From positions 672,001 through 736,000 of the forward strand of contig CAWJYV010000007.1 of NCBI GenBank assembly GCA_963847185.1: a DNA stretch of 64,000 nucleotides, read 5' to 3'. The translations under genes were made by a program, and so were the position numbers. The notes below the pieces were generated by a model. That model saw only the letters and a list, made by a program, of their open reading frames with translations, ran no database searches and was not told where the DNA came from. Shown here piece by piece: positions 9,314-19,404 of the stretch. Source of the DNA: an uncultured Methanosarcinaceae archaeon (GTDB lineage Archaea > Halobacteriota > Methanosarcinia > Methanosarcinales > Methanosarcinaceae). Each line of letters opens with the position of its first letter. Position 1 is the stretch's first letter.

Positions 9314-10174
9314 TCATCCAAGTTCAAAACTTGTAACGCCGTAAACTCGTTCAAGCTTTATTTTCGGCTCTTCCAGGCTGTACATGCGAATAGTTTTGAA
9401 CATTACGTTCATCCTGTATTTATCTGCAATTTGCACTGCTTTTTTGTTTGGTTCCGGGACATCTAAATATATGGCTTCACCCGGGACAGAGGCCTTGAGG
9501 CCCAGAAATATTTTTTCCGCAATTGCCTGGTTGTCTGCAAAAAGAGGTCCTATTTTGTATCCTTCCCGGCATTTCCTTATAACACCATATCCTTTTAGTT
9601 TTCCTGCTTCAAGGGCAGCAAAAGAATAAGAATCAGGTTGTTTGATCCATCTTTTCAGAAAACCGGGCCTTGAGGCCGGAAACATTTGCCTGTCGTATTC
9701 CAGCAGTTTTTCAAATGGGACGGCTGAGATTTCTACAAGCCCATCTGGAAACTCTCCTCCACCCTTGCCTTCAAAACGCAGGTTACTGTAGAAGGAACGG
9801 AATTTCATTACCTTCTGATACTTTTTTTCGTTTTCTACTACCCCATCAAGCCCTATATTCCTGTTCCCCATATATTCCAGACATTTCTCGGTTAGTTTTG
9901 CCCCTACACCTTTTTCCCTGAACTCTGGCTCAACTACGTAAAGACCTAAAAAACCAAAAGAATCATCGTATGCAACAGCAGAAGCACAGCCTACTGTTTT
10001 TCCTGCCACTTCTGCAATGAAAAAGCCGTCAGGGTCAGTATCGTAAAAAAGTTCTCCATCATGGATGCCGGGATTCCAGCCTTCTGCAGCTGCCATTTCA
10101 ACTGCGAATTTGGCTTCTTCCCGGCTCATTTTTCGGATTTTCAGTTCTTTTATCTTTTCCTTATTTTTTTCCAT
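9314..10174 (-). CDS. Tandem GNAT acetyltransferase (YitH-like C-terminal domain)
   Basis: EGWNPG, GLYVVEPEFREKGVG, YKIGPLFAD, LDVPEPN, YGVTSFELG. Confidence 0.9.
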   Translation of the reverse strand: MEKNKEKIKELKIRKMSREEAKFAVEMAAAEGWNPGIHDGELFYDTDPDGFFIAEVAGKTVGCASAVAYDDSFGFLGLYVVEPEFREKGVGAKLTEKCLEYMGNRNIGLDGVVENEKKYQKVMKFRSFYSNLRFEGKGGGEFPDGLVEISAVPFEKLLEYDRQMFPASRPGFLKRWIKQPDSYSFAALEAGKLKGYGVIRKCREGYKIGPLFADNQAIAEKIFLGLKASVPGEAIYLDVPEPNKKAVQIADKYRMNVMFKTIRMYSLEEPKIKLERVYGVTSFELG

Positions 10175-10199
10175 GTAAGGTTTTATTCTTACTTCCTAT

Positions 10200-11336
10200 T
10201 TATTTTTTAAGCCTCTTGCTCTTCCCAACCGTTACTGCAAGATATGCCGCTACAATCGCGGCTGCTACAGGGTATATGCCAAAGGGCGATTTTTCTACTT
10301 CTGAATTTCCGTCTCCTTTAGAGGCCGTTTCACTTGTAGAGCTCTCGTCTGTAAACATAAATATATCCATAGCACCTTTGCGTTTGTCCTGCCAGACTAT
10401 CCTGCTTCCGTCAATTGCAGGGTTGCTCTCATACTCTGAGGCAGTAGAGACAGTCTTTTCTTCCCCTGTGGGGATATCGTAGATATAGATATTTGTTCCC
10501 TTTATTCTTCCGTCAGCCCATACGACTCTTCCATCTGATATAGCAGGGGTTTTCTGGGGAGATGTATTGGTAACTACAGGCTTTTCCTCTCCTTTAGAAA
10601 GGTCGTACATGTAAATGTCAAGGTTCCCATTGCGCCTGTCTTCCCATACAATATAATTGCCTTCAATCGCAGGGTTTGACTGTTCTGCAGAATCCGTAAC
10701 TACCTCACTTTCTTTACCTGTGTTGATATCGTATATGTAAATATCATCATTGCCGTTTCTGGTGTCTTTCCAGACAATTTTATCTCCTGAGATTGCAGGC
10801 TGAGACTGATCCGCTTTATCTGTTGTTATTTGAGTTTCTTTTTTGGTTGTAAGGTCGTACATGTAGATATCCGTATTCTGGTTCCTGCGGTCCGTCCATA
10901 CAATCTTATCGCCTGAGATTGCGGGTTCTATTTGGGAAGCCTTATCCGAGGTAATCCGGGTTTCGGTTTTGGAATCAAGATCATATATATAGATATCAGA
11001 GTTGCCTCTTCTGTTATCTGAGATAACCAGAAGGTTGCCAGATATTGCAGGTTCCATTTCATCTTCTGAGCCTGAAAAAAGTGCAACTTCTGTCCTTCCC
11101 ACAGAAAGATCGTACATGTAAATATCCCAGTTTCCGTCCCTCTCATCCTGCCAGACAATATAGTTCCCTGAGATTACCGGGCTAACCTGGTTCCCAAAAG
11201 CCGAGCTAATCTCCTGTTCTCTTCCATTCAATGCTTCATCAGCAGCCGACCCTGTGAATGTACACATTGCCATTAATAAAATAATCGAAATCAACAGAAT
11301 TGGAAAGTTTCCTTGTTTCAATCTTTTCACTTCCAA
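10200..11336 (-). CDS. Secreted beta-propeller repeat surface protein (Methanosarcina PAISG..IVW.D.R repeat) with C-terminal anchor
   Basis: Signal peptide; about seven PAISGxxIVWxDxRxGxxDIYxYD repeats; C-terminal SPFG, TM helix and basic tail. Confidence 0.9.
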   Translation of the reverse strand: MEVKRLKQGNFPILLISIILLMAMCTFTGSAADEALNGREQEISSAFGNQVSPVISGNYIVWQDERDGNWDIYMYDLSVGRTEVALFSGSEDEMEPAISGNLLVISDNRRGNSDIYIYDLDSKTETRITSDKASQIEPAISGDKIVWTDRRNQNTDIYMYDLTTKKETQITTDKADQSQPAISGDKIVWKDTRNGNDDIYIYDINTGKESEVVTDSAEQSNPAIEGNYIVWEDRRNGNLDIYMYDLSKGEEKPVVTNTSPQKTPAISDGRVVWADGRIKGTNIYIYDIPTGEEKTVSTASEYESNPAIDGSRIVWQDKRKGAMDIFMFTDESSTSETASKGDGNSEVEKSPFGIYPVAAAIVAAYLAVTVGKSKRLKK

Positions 11337-11563
11337 TATTCCCTCTGGAACTTCAGTATGGATTTTTGAATATGTAGAATGCTTTTATTTTTCAGCATGT
11401 ATCTAAATAATATATTCCAGCAAAGAGTCTTTTTGACAGCTAGAAATCCTCGAATTGTATATATCTTCCATACTTTTTATCAATTTCCTGAGTCCGGCTT
11501 CTTCTTCTCTTTTAAAGAAGATCTTTTGATATTAAGTCTGAGAGTCTGTTTTCATTGGTCATG

Positions 11564-12166
11564 CTAAAACCTTTCAAGTTCTGCCTTATTTTTTGTCTGG
11601 TTTTTTACTTTTTCGATTAATTCATTTTCAAGATCTTTTTTTACGAAAAGAGTAAACTCTACGGTCTCAGAGTATTTTTCTTCCTCTATGTTTCCATATC
11701 CCTCTATCAGATTTCTTATTTTCTGACTTTCAGGATATCCTGTGCGTATTTTAAGCCTGACCTGTTCATAAACTTCAATAGTTCCTGCCTCTTCAATAGC
11801 TGAGAGTGCTGTTTCTCTGTATGCTCTTGAAAGGCCTCCAAAGCCCAGCTTTGTTCCCCCAAAATACCTGGTCACAACCACAATAGAGTTCTGAATGTCC
11901 TTTGACTCAAGTATTTTTAATATGGGCTTTCCGGAGCTTCCGGAAGGTTCTCCGTCATCGTCCGATTTGAAGGCAAAGGAATTTTTTTCTCTTACAAAAT
12001 AGGCTGAAACGTTATGATCTGCATCCCCATGCAATTCCTTTATCTTTTTTATGAAAGCCTTTGCTTCATCCTCATTTTTTATAGGACTTGCATAACCTAT
12101 AAACAGGGAATTCTTGAATTCCTTTTGAGTCGTGCTGGAGCACCTAAGGGTTTTATGATAATTCAG
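11564..12166 (-). CDS. YigZ/IMPACT family protein; frame extends to CTG 12166
   Basis: KNSLFIG...H.DA.HNVSAY, SDDDGEPSGSSGKPIL, VVVTRYFGG.KLG.GGL.RAY. Confidence 0.9.
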   Translation of the reverse strand: MNYHKTLRCSSTTQKEFKNSLFIGYASPIKNEDEAKAFIKKIKELHGDADHNVSAYFVREKNSFAFKSDDDGEPSGSSGKPILKILESKDIQNSIVVVTRYFGGTKLGFGGLSRAYRETALSAIEEAGTIEVYEQVRLKIRTGYPESQKIRNLIEGYGNIEEEKYSETVEFTLFVKKDLENELIEKVKNQTKNKAELERF

Positions 12167-12556
12167 TTTTTATCCCCATGTATTTTATCTCTTTTATATA
12201 CTGAAAGTTAATAAATTTTTATTATTCAGCGGGGGACCTTCAAACCTTTAAATATTTTCCTTTTTTTTTCATTATGTATTATCTAACTTGTTTATAATAT
12301 ATGAAACATGGGCATTTATTACGATTCATTTGATAAATATAATTATATTTATTTTTACATTGGAATTAATTAATTTTATTATTCAAATTGCGTCATATAT
12401 TTCTATTATATAAACTATTTCGGTCTCTTATTTTTTAACCAAATCGAAAAGTTTTAATCTTATTGGCTGATCATGCATTACTATCTCATATGAAAAATCT
12501 CATAATTTTCTATGAGCTGGGTGTAAAAAAGGAAGAGAACTTTCGAGGTAAAATTA

Positions 12557-12850
12557 ATGAAAAAAATGTTAAAGATCATGGCTATGCTCCTCGTTATTGC
12601 TACTGTCATCTTTGCAGCCGGCTGTGCTGACAAAGAAGCTCCAGCAACAGAAGAGGAAAATACAGAACAGGTAACTGAAGAAACTAATGTATCAGATGTC
12701 GGTCTTGGAGAACAGACTGGAAACGGTGATGCACCAAACATGACTGAAAACATCACTGAAAACATGACTGAAAACATCACTGAAGACATCACTGATGAAA
12801 ACATCACTGAAAACATCACTGATGAAAACATCACTAACGAAACAAAGTAA
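12557..12850 (+). CDS. Small lipoprotein with acidic, N-glycosylation sequon repeats
   Basis: Lipobox AAGC; tandem ACTGAAAACAT[CG]-type repeats encoding TENI/TENM. Confidence 0.8.
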   Translation: MKKMLKIMAMLLVIATVIFAAGCADKEAPATEEENTEQVTEETNVSDVGLGEQTGNGDAPNMTENITENMTENITEDITDENITENITDENITNETK

Positions 12851-12877
12851 GAGTTTTTTGTTTCCACAAAAATCTGA

Positions 12878-12910
12878 GTAGCCTTTATAAAGGCTACAAA
12901 CTTCTATTTT
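12878..12910 (+). terminator. Hairpin plus T-tract terminator
   Basis: GTAGCCTTTATAAAGGCTAC followed by a T-rich run. Confidence 0.6.
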
Positions 12911-13457
12911 TTCAATACCAGTAATTCAACTTAGATTATCTAATGTTTCTCTGTGAACGATAATCATTTTTCTAGACCGTAAGTTATCAATTTTTTTACC
13001 CTGCTATCGAAGGAGCATTGTAATATATTTTCTTTATTTTAACTATCTCTGATTATCGATTTTAAGGCATCTAGAACTAATTTAAAGGTCTTTTACTGTT
13101 CGGTTTTTCCTGATGAGTTGAATCAGTATTGTTAACACTTAATCTCACGCATAAAAAACGCCATTTATTAACCTGGACCTTTATAATCCTCAATTATAAC
13201 AGTAACTTTATTATTGGACTGTATTTTGACTATTCGTTTTACAATTTTTCTATTTATTATCTAAATAGTTGCAAATATGTCGCAAATCTATATAAATATT
13301 AATTTTTCTTTATTTTTGAAGCTTATTTATTTGATATTTATGTTTAATTATATAAATACGAATTAAAAATAGAAATCTTTTAATCTATTGTTTTACTTGT
13401 TATAAATTTGGTGTTTATAAATTAATTTTTTTAATGAAGGCTTTTAGAGGTACTGAT

Positions 13458-14345
13458 ATGCAAAAAATGTTAAAAACAATTGTATTTTTTCTTTTAATTG
13501 CTACCATTGTCTTTGCAGCCGGCTGTGCTGAAAAGAGTGTAGACGATACAAAAGAAGTTGCCCCAGCAGAAGAAAACATTCCTGCTGAAGGAAGTGTTGG
13601 TGCTGGAGAAAATACTACTGCCGCAGAAAATACTGTTGCAGATAATACATCCGGGGAGATGCCCACTTACATCGTAGGAACAGAAGCCCAGTTTCCTCCT
13701 TTTGAGATTGTTGATTCTCAGGGGAATGTTATCGGCTTTGATGTTGACCTTCTGAACGCAATTGCGGAAGACCAGGGATTTAAAGTTCAGTATATGGACC
13801 AGGACTTCGCAGGTCTTATCCCAGCACTCCAGACCGGAAACATTGACATTATCGCCTCAGGGATGACAATTACTGAAGAGCGCGAAAAAGAAGTCGATTT
13901 CAGTGAGCCTTACATTACTGCAGGACTGGCTCTTGCCGTAACTGTTGACAATGAAGATATTAAAAGTGTAGATGACCTGAAGGGCAAGACAGCAGCTGTT
14001 CAGACAGGTTCCACTGGCTATATGAAAGCAGAAGAGCTTAAGAATGCAGGAGTTATTGCCGAAATCAAAGATTTCCCTCATGTAAATGAGGCTATTGAGG
14101 AAATAAAGATCGGTGGTGCAGATGTAATGATCAATGACCTGCCTGTCACAAATGCTTTTATTGCAGCTCAACCTGGAGTAATTAAAATCGTAGGTGAACC
14201 TCTTACTGGCGAATCCTATGGTTTTGCCGTTCGTTCTGGCAATACTGAACTTCTTAATAAGATCAATAAAGGTCTTGAAAACGTCAAAGCCAGCGGCAAG
14301 TATGATGAACTTATGAAAAACATTCCAAATTATATGGAAGAATAA
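13458..14345 (+). CDS. Polar amino acid ABC transporter, substrate-binding lipoprotein (GlnH-like)
   Basis: Lipobox; VGTEAQFPPFE, GFDVDL, SGMTITEER..VDFSEPY. Confidence 0.92.
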   Translation: MQKMLKTIVFFLLIATIVFAAGCAEKSVDDTKEVAPAEENIPAEGSVGAGENTTAAENTVADNTSGEMPTYIVGTEAQFPPFEIVDSQGNVIGFDVDLLNAIAEDQGFKVQYMDQDFAGLIPALQTGNIDIIASGMTITEEREKEVDFSEPYITAGLALAVTVDNEDIKSVDDLKGKTAAVQTGSTGYMKAEELKNAGVIAEIKDFPHVNEAIEEIKIGGADVMINDLPVTNAFIAAQPGVIKIVGEPLTGESYGFAVRSGNTELLNKINKGLENVKASGKYDELMKNIPNYMEE

Positions 14346-14759
14346 ATGAAGTTCTAACTTGAGAATCAAGCACTAATTGTGCTTCTCTCATTTTCACTTC
14401 TGTTTTTTCAGGCCAATTTTGCTAAACTCTTGTTGAAAGATTATTTGATTTCTAAAATCTCTTTATTTTCCTTTCTCATAACATTCTAACTTATCATGCC
14501 CCTGTTTAAAATGATTGGTTTTATATAATTGAATATTATTTATCAATATGTATTTCTATAAAACAGGTAACTGCACTGGATATTTCTCTAAAGGTCTTAT
14601 TAAGGACGCTCTGAAAGCTATATGCTGAAATGTGCACCGAAAAGACCCTGTTCTGGTTGCATCTGGAAAAACGTACATTCTTCATAAAGGTACTCTCAAC
14701 ACTTGCCATATTTGCTCCAAGTCCATCTCTATATTATCGTAAACATCTGAGGTCGAAGT

Positions 14760-15455
14760 TTGTCTCTTTTAGCCTCCTATCTTCACCACATTATCGCCGT
14801 GTTCCCCAGTTTGCTAAGGGGGGCAGTAATTACTGTAGAGGTCACTACCTTTGCAATATTTTTTGGATTGATGCTGGGGACTATTGCAGCCTTTGGAAAA
14901 CTCTCCAAAAGATCGCTTTTCAGAATTCCCAGTTCTATTTATGTTGATTTTATCAGGGGAACCCCTTTATTTGTTCAAATCCTGATTTTTTACTATGGTA
15001 TTCCCGGTCTTATTAACGGACTTACAGGTGAAGTGTTCCGCGTCGATCCAATTATCGCAGGTATTGCCGTATGCAGCATCAACAGCGGGGCATACAATGC
15101 GGAAATTGTACGTGCAGGCATCAAGTCTGTTGACAGAGGCCAGATGGAAGCAGCTCGTTCCCTTGGAATGACCGAAGGGCAGGCTATGAAGGAAGTAATT
15201 ATGCCTCAGGCTGTCAGGCTCATTATCCCCCCTCTGGGAAATGAATTCATTGCACTTTTGAAAGACTCTTCTCTACTGGCAGTTATCAGCGTACATGAGC
15301 TTTCCAAAAATGGAATGCTCTATGTCTCAAAAACATTTGCAGCCTTTCCAGCGTATATTTCGGTAGCTTTTGTGTATCTGGCATTGACCATGGGAATTTC
15401 CAGGATTCTTAATTACATTGAAAGGAGGCTCGGTGTAAGTGATAGAAGTGAATAA
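14760..15455 (+). CDS. Polar amino acid ABC transporter permease (GlnP-like)
   Basis: [33 protein letters not shown]; TTG start after GAGGT. Confidence 0.92.
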   Translation: MSLLASYLHHIIAVFPSLLRGAVITVEVTTFAIFFGLMLGTIAAFGKLSKRSLFRIPSSIYVDFIRGTPLFVQILIFYYGIPGLINGLTGEVFRVDPIIAGIAVCSINSGAYNAEIVRAGIKSVDRGQMEAARSLGMTEGQAMKEVIMPQAVRLIIPPLGNEFIALLKDSSLLAVISVHELSKNGMLYVSKTFAAFPAYISVAFVYLALTMGISRILNYIERRLGVSDRSE

Positions 15456-16161
15456 TCTTCACAAGAACTTCGGAAATTTGAAAGTCCTTAAAGGAATCAC
15501 TGAGAAGATTGAAGACAGTGAAGTGGTCTGTATAATTGGCCCTTCAGGGTCCGGCAAAAGCACTTTCCTCCGTTGCTTGAACCTCCTTGAAACCCCTACT
15601 TCCGGGGATATCTGGATTTATGGGGAAAAGATCACATCCCCTACTGTTAATATAAACAAAATCAGGGAAGAAGTAGGCATGGTTTTCCAGCGCTTCAACC
15701 TTTTTCCTCACATGACTGCTCTTAAGAATGTAGCTCTTGCCCCGATAAAGGTTCGTGGTATTTCCGAAAAAGAAGCTTACGACCGTGCCCGTGATCTCCT
15801 TAAAAAAGTAGGGCTTGAGGATAAAGCCGATGTCTATCCCAATTCTCTTTCCGGGGGTCAGCAGCAAAGGGTTGCAATCGCCAGAGCTCTTGCCATGCGT
15901 CCCAAAGTCATGCTTTTTGATGAGCCCACATCTGCTCTAGATCCTGAAATGGTCGGAGAAGTCTTAAACGTCATGAAAAGCCTTGCAAAAGAAGGCATGA
16001 CAATGGTTGTCGTGACACATGAAATGGGTTTTGCCAGGGAAGTAGGGAATCGAGTACTTTTCATGGATGACGGTATCATAGTCGAAAAAGGGACACCCCA
16101 CGAAATCTTCTTTGATGCTCAGAATGAAAGAACAAAGTCATTTTTGAGCAAGATTTTGTAA
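15439..16161 (+). CDS. Polar amino acid ABC transporter ATPase (GlnQ-like)
   Basis: [34 protein letters not shown]. Confidence 0.95.
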   Translation: MIEVNNLHKNFGNLKVLKGITEKIEDSEVVCIIGPSGSGKSTFLRCLNLLETPTSGDIWIYGEKITSPTVNINKIREEVGMVFQRFNLFPHMTALKNVALAPIKVRGISEKEAYDRARDLLKKVGLEDKADVYPNSLSGGQQQRVAIARALAMRPKVMLFDEPTSALDPEMVGEVLNVMKSLAKEGMTMVVVTHEMGFAREVGNRVLFMDDGIIVEKGTPHEIFFDAQNERTKSFLSKIL

Positions 16162-16444
16162 AGTTTTACTTAATCTAGGTTCCCTTTTCAGATATTTGCG
16201 TCTCAATATTTTAAAATACAATTGAAAAATTCTTTAGCTGGCTAGATTTATGCGGAAAGTATTTCCTGGATTGAAATAAACGAAATATCATACCCTGGGT
16301 TGTAATGTTAGTAGCAATACTGAAATTAAATCAAGCTTTAATAAGCTAACTCAAGTTTTAAGGTCCATTATTTACTAGCTTATTGGGGAGCGAAAAATGG
16401 GGTATCTATGTTTCTACCTCTGTGTTAAAAATTATTATATTTAC

Positions 16445-16777
16445 TGAGTTTGTTTGATGGAGTTGAGCCTGAGGTCATAGATAAGGTGAAAAATTGTTGA
16501 AGGTGTTTGCGAAATTACAGACCTCAGAGCCCGCTGGATTGGCCCCAGGCTCCATGTAGAGATCAATGCTTCCGTTTTCCCTTCGCTTTCTGTTAAAGAA
16601 GGGCACGACATTGCTAACGCGATAAGAGAAAAGCTTCTGGAAAACTTTTCTCACCTTTCAGGTACTACTATTCATGTAGATCCCCTTACAGCTTCAGGAG
16701 AGTGCTGTCACTGCGGGCTTGAAAGTTCTGAAATAAGGCATGTGAAAAATACACATATTTTAAATGTTCACTCATAA
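16445..16777 (+). pseudogene. Remnant of a cation diffusion facilitator (C-terminal dimerisation domain only)
   Basis: Manual translation gives LFDGVEPEVIDKVK, then after a frame break IVEGVCEITDLRARWIGPRLHVEINASV..SLSVKEGHDIA...TIHVDP; TM domain and start codon absent. Confidence 0.8.
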
Positions 16778-16890
16778 TGAAGTTAATGAAATATCAGTTT
16801 CTTTCCGATCCGTCATGATTTTTACTTCTTACTTTTTTACGTTTGCTGCCTGAAGCTTTTATTTATCTCTTTATTTGTCATGCTGTTTTG

Positions 16891-17559
16891 TCATGCTGTA
16901 AACACTACGTCTACTCTTTCTACATCCCACAAAGACCCCAGTTTTTCCATAATGTCTTCTTTTATTGCAGATGCAAACTGGTGATCTGCGGGCAGGTCTA
17001 CGACCACTCTAATCACTCCGTTTTCAACACTTGTTTTCAGGATAAGATTTGTACGGATTATGTCCAGGCCGGTTAGCGGGTTCATTACATGCTTAAGCCT
17101 ATTCCTGATAACTTCCTCTGTCGTAGGCTCCTTTTCGGTAACAAGTCCGTGCTTTTCTTCATAGTCTCTGATTGCAGCACGAAGACCCTCAACTGCAAGC
17201 ACTGAGCAGTGGGCTTTAATCGGAGGCAGCCCTCCAAGTTCTTCAGAAGCCTGTTTCCAGGTTATTTTTTTTGCTTCATCAAGAGTCTTTCCACGTGCCA
17301 TATCTGTTATAACCGAACCTGTAGCGATATTTGAAGCACAGCCATAAGATTCGAATTTTATGTCCTCAATAACCTTTGTGTCAGGATTGACCTTAAGATA
17401 AACTGCAACCATATCCCCGCATGCAGGGCTTCCTTCAAGACCTTTCCCATCAGGATTTTCTATTTTTCCTACGTTATGTGGATTCCTGAAATGTTCCAGC
17501 ACTTTTTCAGTGTAAGGAAACTTTATTGTTTCACTTTTCTCTTTGCGTTTAATCTCCAT
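16891..17559 (-). CDS. iscU: Fe-S scaffold IscU/NifU-N fused to a C-terminal DUF59/SufT-like domain
   Basis: YTEKVLEHF.NP.N.G, PACGD, YGCAS, LPP.K.HCS; C-terminal L..V.NP.TG.DI...NLI. Confidence 0.9.
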   Translation of the reverse strand: MEIKRKEKSETIKFPYTEKVLEHFRNPHNVGKIENPDGKGLEGSPACGDMVAVYLKVNPDTKVIEDIKFESYGCASNIATGSVITDMARGKTLDEAKKITWKQASEELGGLPPIKAHCSVLAVEGLRAAIRDYEEKHGLVTEKEPTTEEVIRNRLKHVMNPLTGLDIIRTNLILKTSVENGVIRVVVDLPADHQFASAIKEDIMEKLGSLWDVERVDVVFTA

Positions 17560-17608
17560 TTTCCGACCTTCTTTTATCCTGATTTCTTATGTTTCCTTTA
17601 TTTTCAGT

Positions 17609-18775
17609 TCATTTTCTTGCAAGGGGACTTATTTCTCTAAGCTTTGCCACAATCTCACTCATGGCATCAATAGCCGCATCGACATCTTCCATCTTATTGT
17701 ATCGTCCGAAGGTAAAACGAACTGATCCATGAGCTCTTTCATGATCTCCTCCAATACCCCTTATCACATGGCTGGCTTCAAGGGAGCGGCTAAAGCAGGC
17801 TGAACCTGTACTTACTGCAAACCCTCTCATGTCCATATGCAGAGTAACAGATTCTCCTTCTACATAGTGGAAAGTCAGGTTTGCGTTCTGTGGCAGGCGT
17901 TTTTCTCGGCTCCCATTGAGGGTAACATCCGAAATTTCGGAAAGGGCTTTCTCGATTACCCTATCTCTCATGGCTTCAAGCCTTCTATTTTCTTCTTCAG
18001 TTACGAGTTCTACTGCCTTTGAGAAACCTACGGCCCCTGGAATATTTTCCACTCCAGCCCTCAGGTTGAACTCCTGAAAACCTCCGTCCATAAATTTACT
18101 TATTGGCGTGTCTTTTCTGATGTAGAGAGCACCTACTCCCCTGGGGCCATGAATGGTGTGGGCTGACATAGTAACCAGATCTACGGGCAGTTCCTTCACA
18201 TTGAGGGGAAGCCGGGTAAAACTATGGGTGGCATCCGTATGCAAGAGCACATCTTTTTCTTTGCAGATCTCTGAAATAAGCTTCAGATCCTGCACTGTTC
18301 CTATTTCCTGGTTTCCATGCTGGATTGAGACAAGGATTGTCTCTTTTGCGATCGCTTTTCTTAGTCCTTCGAGGTCTACAAACCCATGTGCGTCTACGTC
18401 CAGGAAAGTTACGTCAAATCCCTGTTTCTGGAGAGCTTTTGCCGTATTCAGGACAGGAAAATCCTCTATTTTTGAGACAATAATATGCTTGCCTTTTCTT
18501 TCTTTAAGGGCCCAGGCCACTCCTTTAAGAGCAGTGTTGCTTGACTCCGTATCTCCAGAAGTGAAAATTACCTCGTTTGAATCAGCGCCGAGTCTTGCAA
18601 TTATACTTTCGCGTGATTTTTCGAGCCCTTCTTTTGCATCCAGGCCCATTGAATACCCAAATTCAGATGTTGCTACTGCATAGGTCTCAAAAAAATAAGG
18701 TTGCATTGCCTCAAGCACCCTTTCATCAAGACGGGTGGACGCAGCATTGTCAAGATAAACTATATTCTCAAATAT
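17609..18775 (-). CDS. iscS: IscS/NifS-like protein lacking the PLP lysine; frame extends to ATA 18775
   Basis: VYLDNAAST, FTSG.TES.N, GGFQE..LRAG.EN, STGSAC; SAHT in place of SAHK. Confidence 0.88.
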   Translation of the reverse strand: MFENIVYLDNAASTRLDERVLEAMQPYFFETYAVATSEFGYSMGLDAKEGLEKSRESIIARLGADSNEVIFTSGDTESSNTALKGVAWALKERKGKHIIVSKIEDFPVLNTAKALQKQGFDVTFLDVDAHGFVDLEGLRKAIAKETILVSIQHGNQEIGTVQDLKLISEICKEKDVLLHTDATHSFTRLPLNVKELPVDLVTMSAHTIHGPRGVGALYIRKDTPISKFMDGGFQEFNLRAGVENIPGAVGFSKAVELVTEEENRRLEAMRDRVIEKALSEISDVTLNGSREKRLPQNANLTFHYVEGESVTLHMDMRGFAVSTGSACFSRSLEASHVIRGIGGDHERAHGSVRFTFGRYNKMEDVDAAIDAMSEIVAKLREISPLARK

Positions 18776-18965
18776 TTTTTCCCCTCCTCAGATTAAATAG
18801 ATCTTCTACTTTATAATTAAATTTCAAGTTTACAATTAAATTTTGAGAATTATCGGATAGGATTCTAAACACGTTATTTGCTGAATATAACTGATTAAGA
18901 ATTGAAACAAATCAAATAGAAATTCGGACTGCCATAATAACCTAAGCCTTAAAAATTCCTAATAA

Positions 18966-19385
18966 TCAAATAAATAGAGTTACGTTAGCATCTCTTGCTT
19001 CATGGATGTAAGACCCTACAGCTCCCCACTCATCTATCCATTCCGTTCGGAGTTCTTCTTTCTTTATGCCCATAATTTCCATGGTCATTTCACAGGCGAT
19101 TATCTTTCCGCCAAGTTCTTTGAAATCACTCATGAGCTTTTCAAGTGAAGCAACGTTGGCTTTGTCCATTCTCCTTTTGACCATCCACCTTCCAAGTCCA
19201 AGCATGTTCATCTTGGAAAGAGGCCCCTTCTCAAGTTCTCCTTTCTTTAACCTCATTAGTCCCCAGAAAGTGAAGTATATCGAGGCTTCCATCCCCATTG
19301 CCAGGGCACCGTTCCCAATTATAAGTGCACTGTATACTTTGTCCATGTCTCCACTGTGCAAAACAATAACTGTCTTTTCCCCCAT
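18966..19385 (-). CDS. DsrE/DsrF/DrsH-like sulfur carrier
   Basis: GA.AMG....IYFTFWGL, IIACEMTM..MGI. Confidence 0.9.
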   Translation of the reverse strand: MGEKTVIVLHSGDMDKVYSALIIGNGALAMGMEASIYFTFWGLMRLKKGELEKGPLSKMNMLGLGRWMVKRRMDKANVASLEKLMSDFKELGGKIIACEMTMEIMGIKKEELRTEWIDEWGAVGSYIHEARDANVTLFI

Positions 19386-19404
19386 TTTCCTTCCCCTTTC
19401 GGTT

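Noticed and set aside
16254-16266. Possible NrpR operator GGAA...TTCC
   Set aside because: The spacer is 5 nt rather than the canonical 6, and the site lies downstream of the operon
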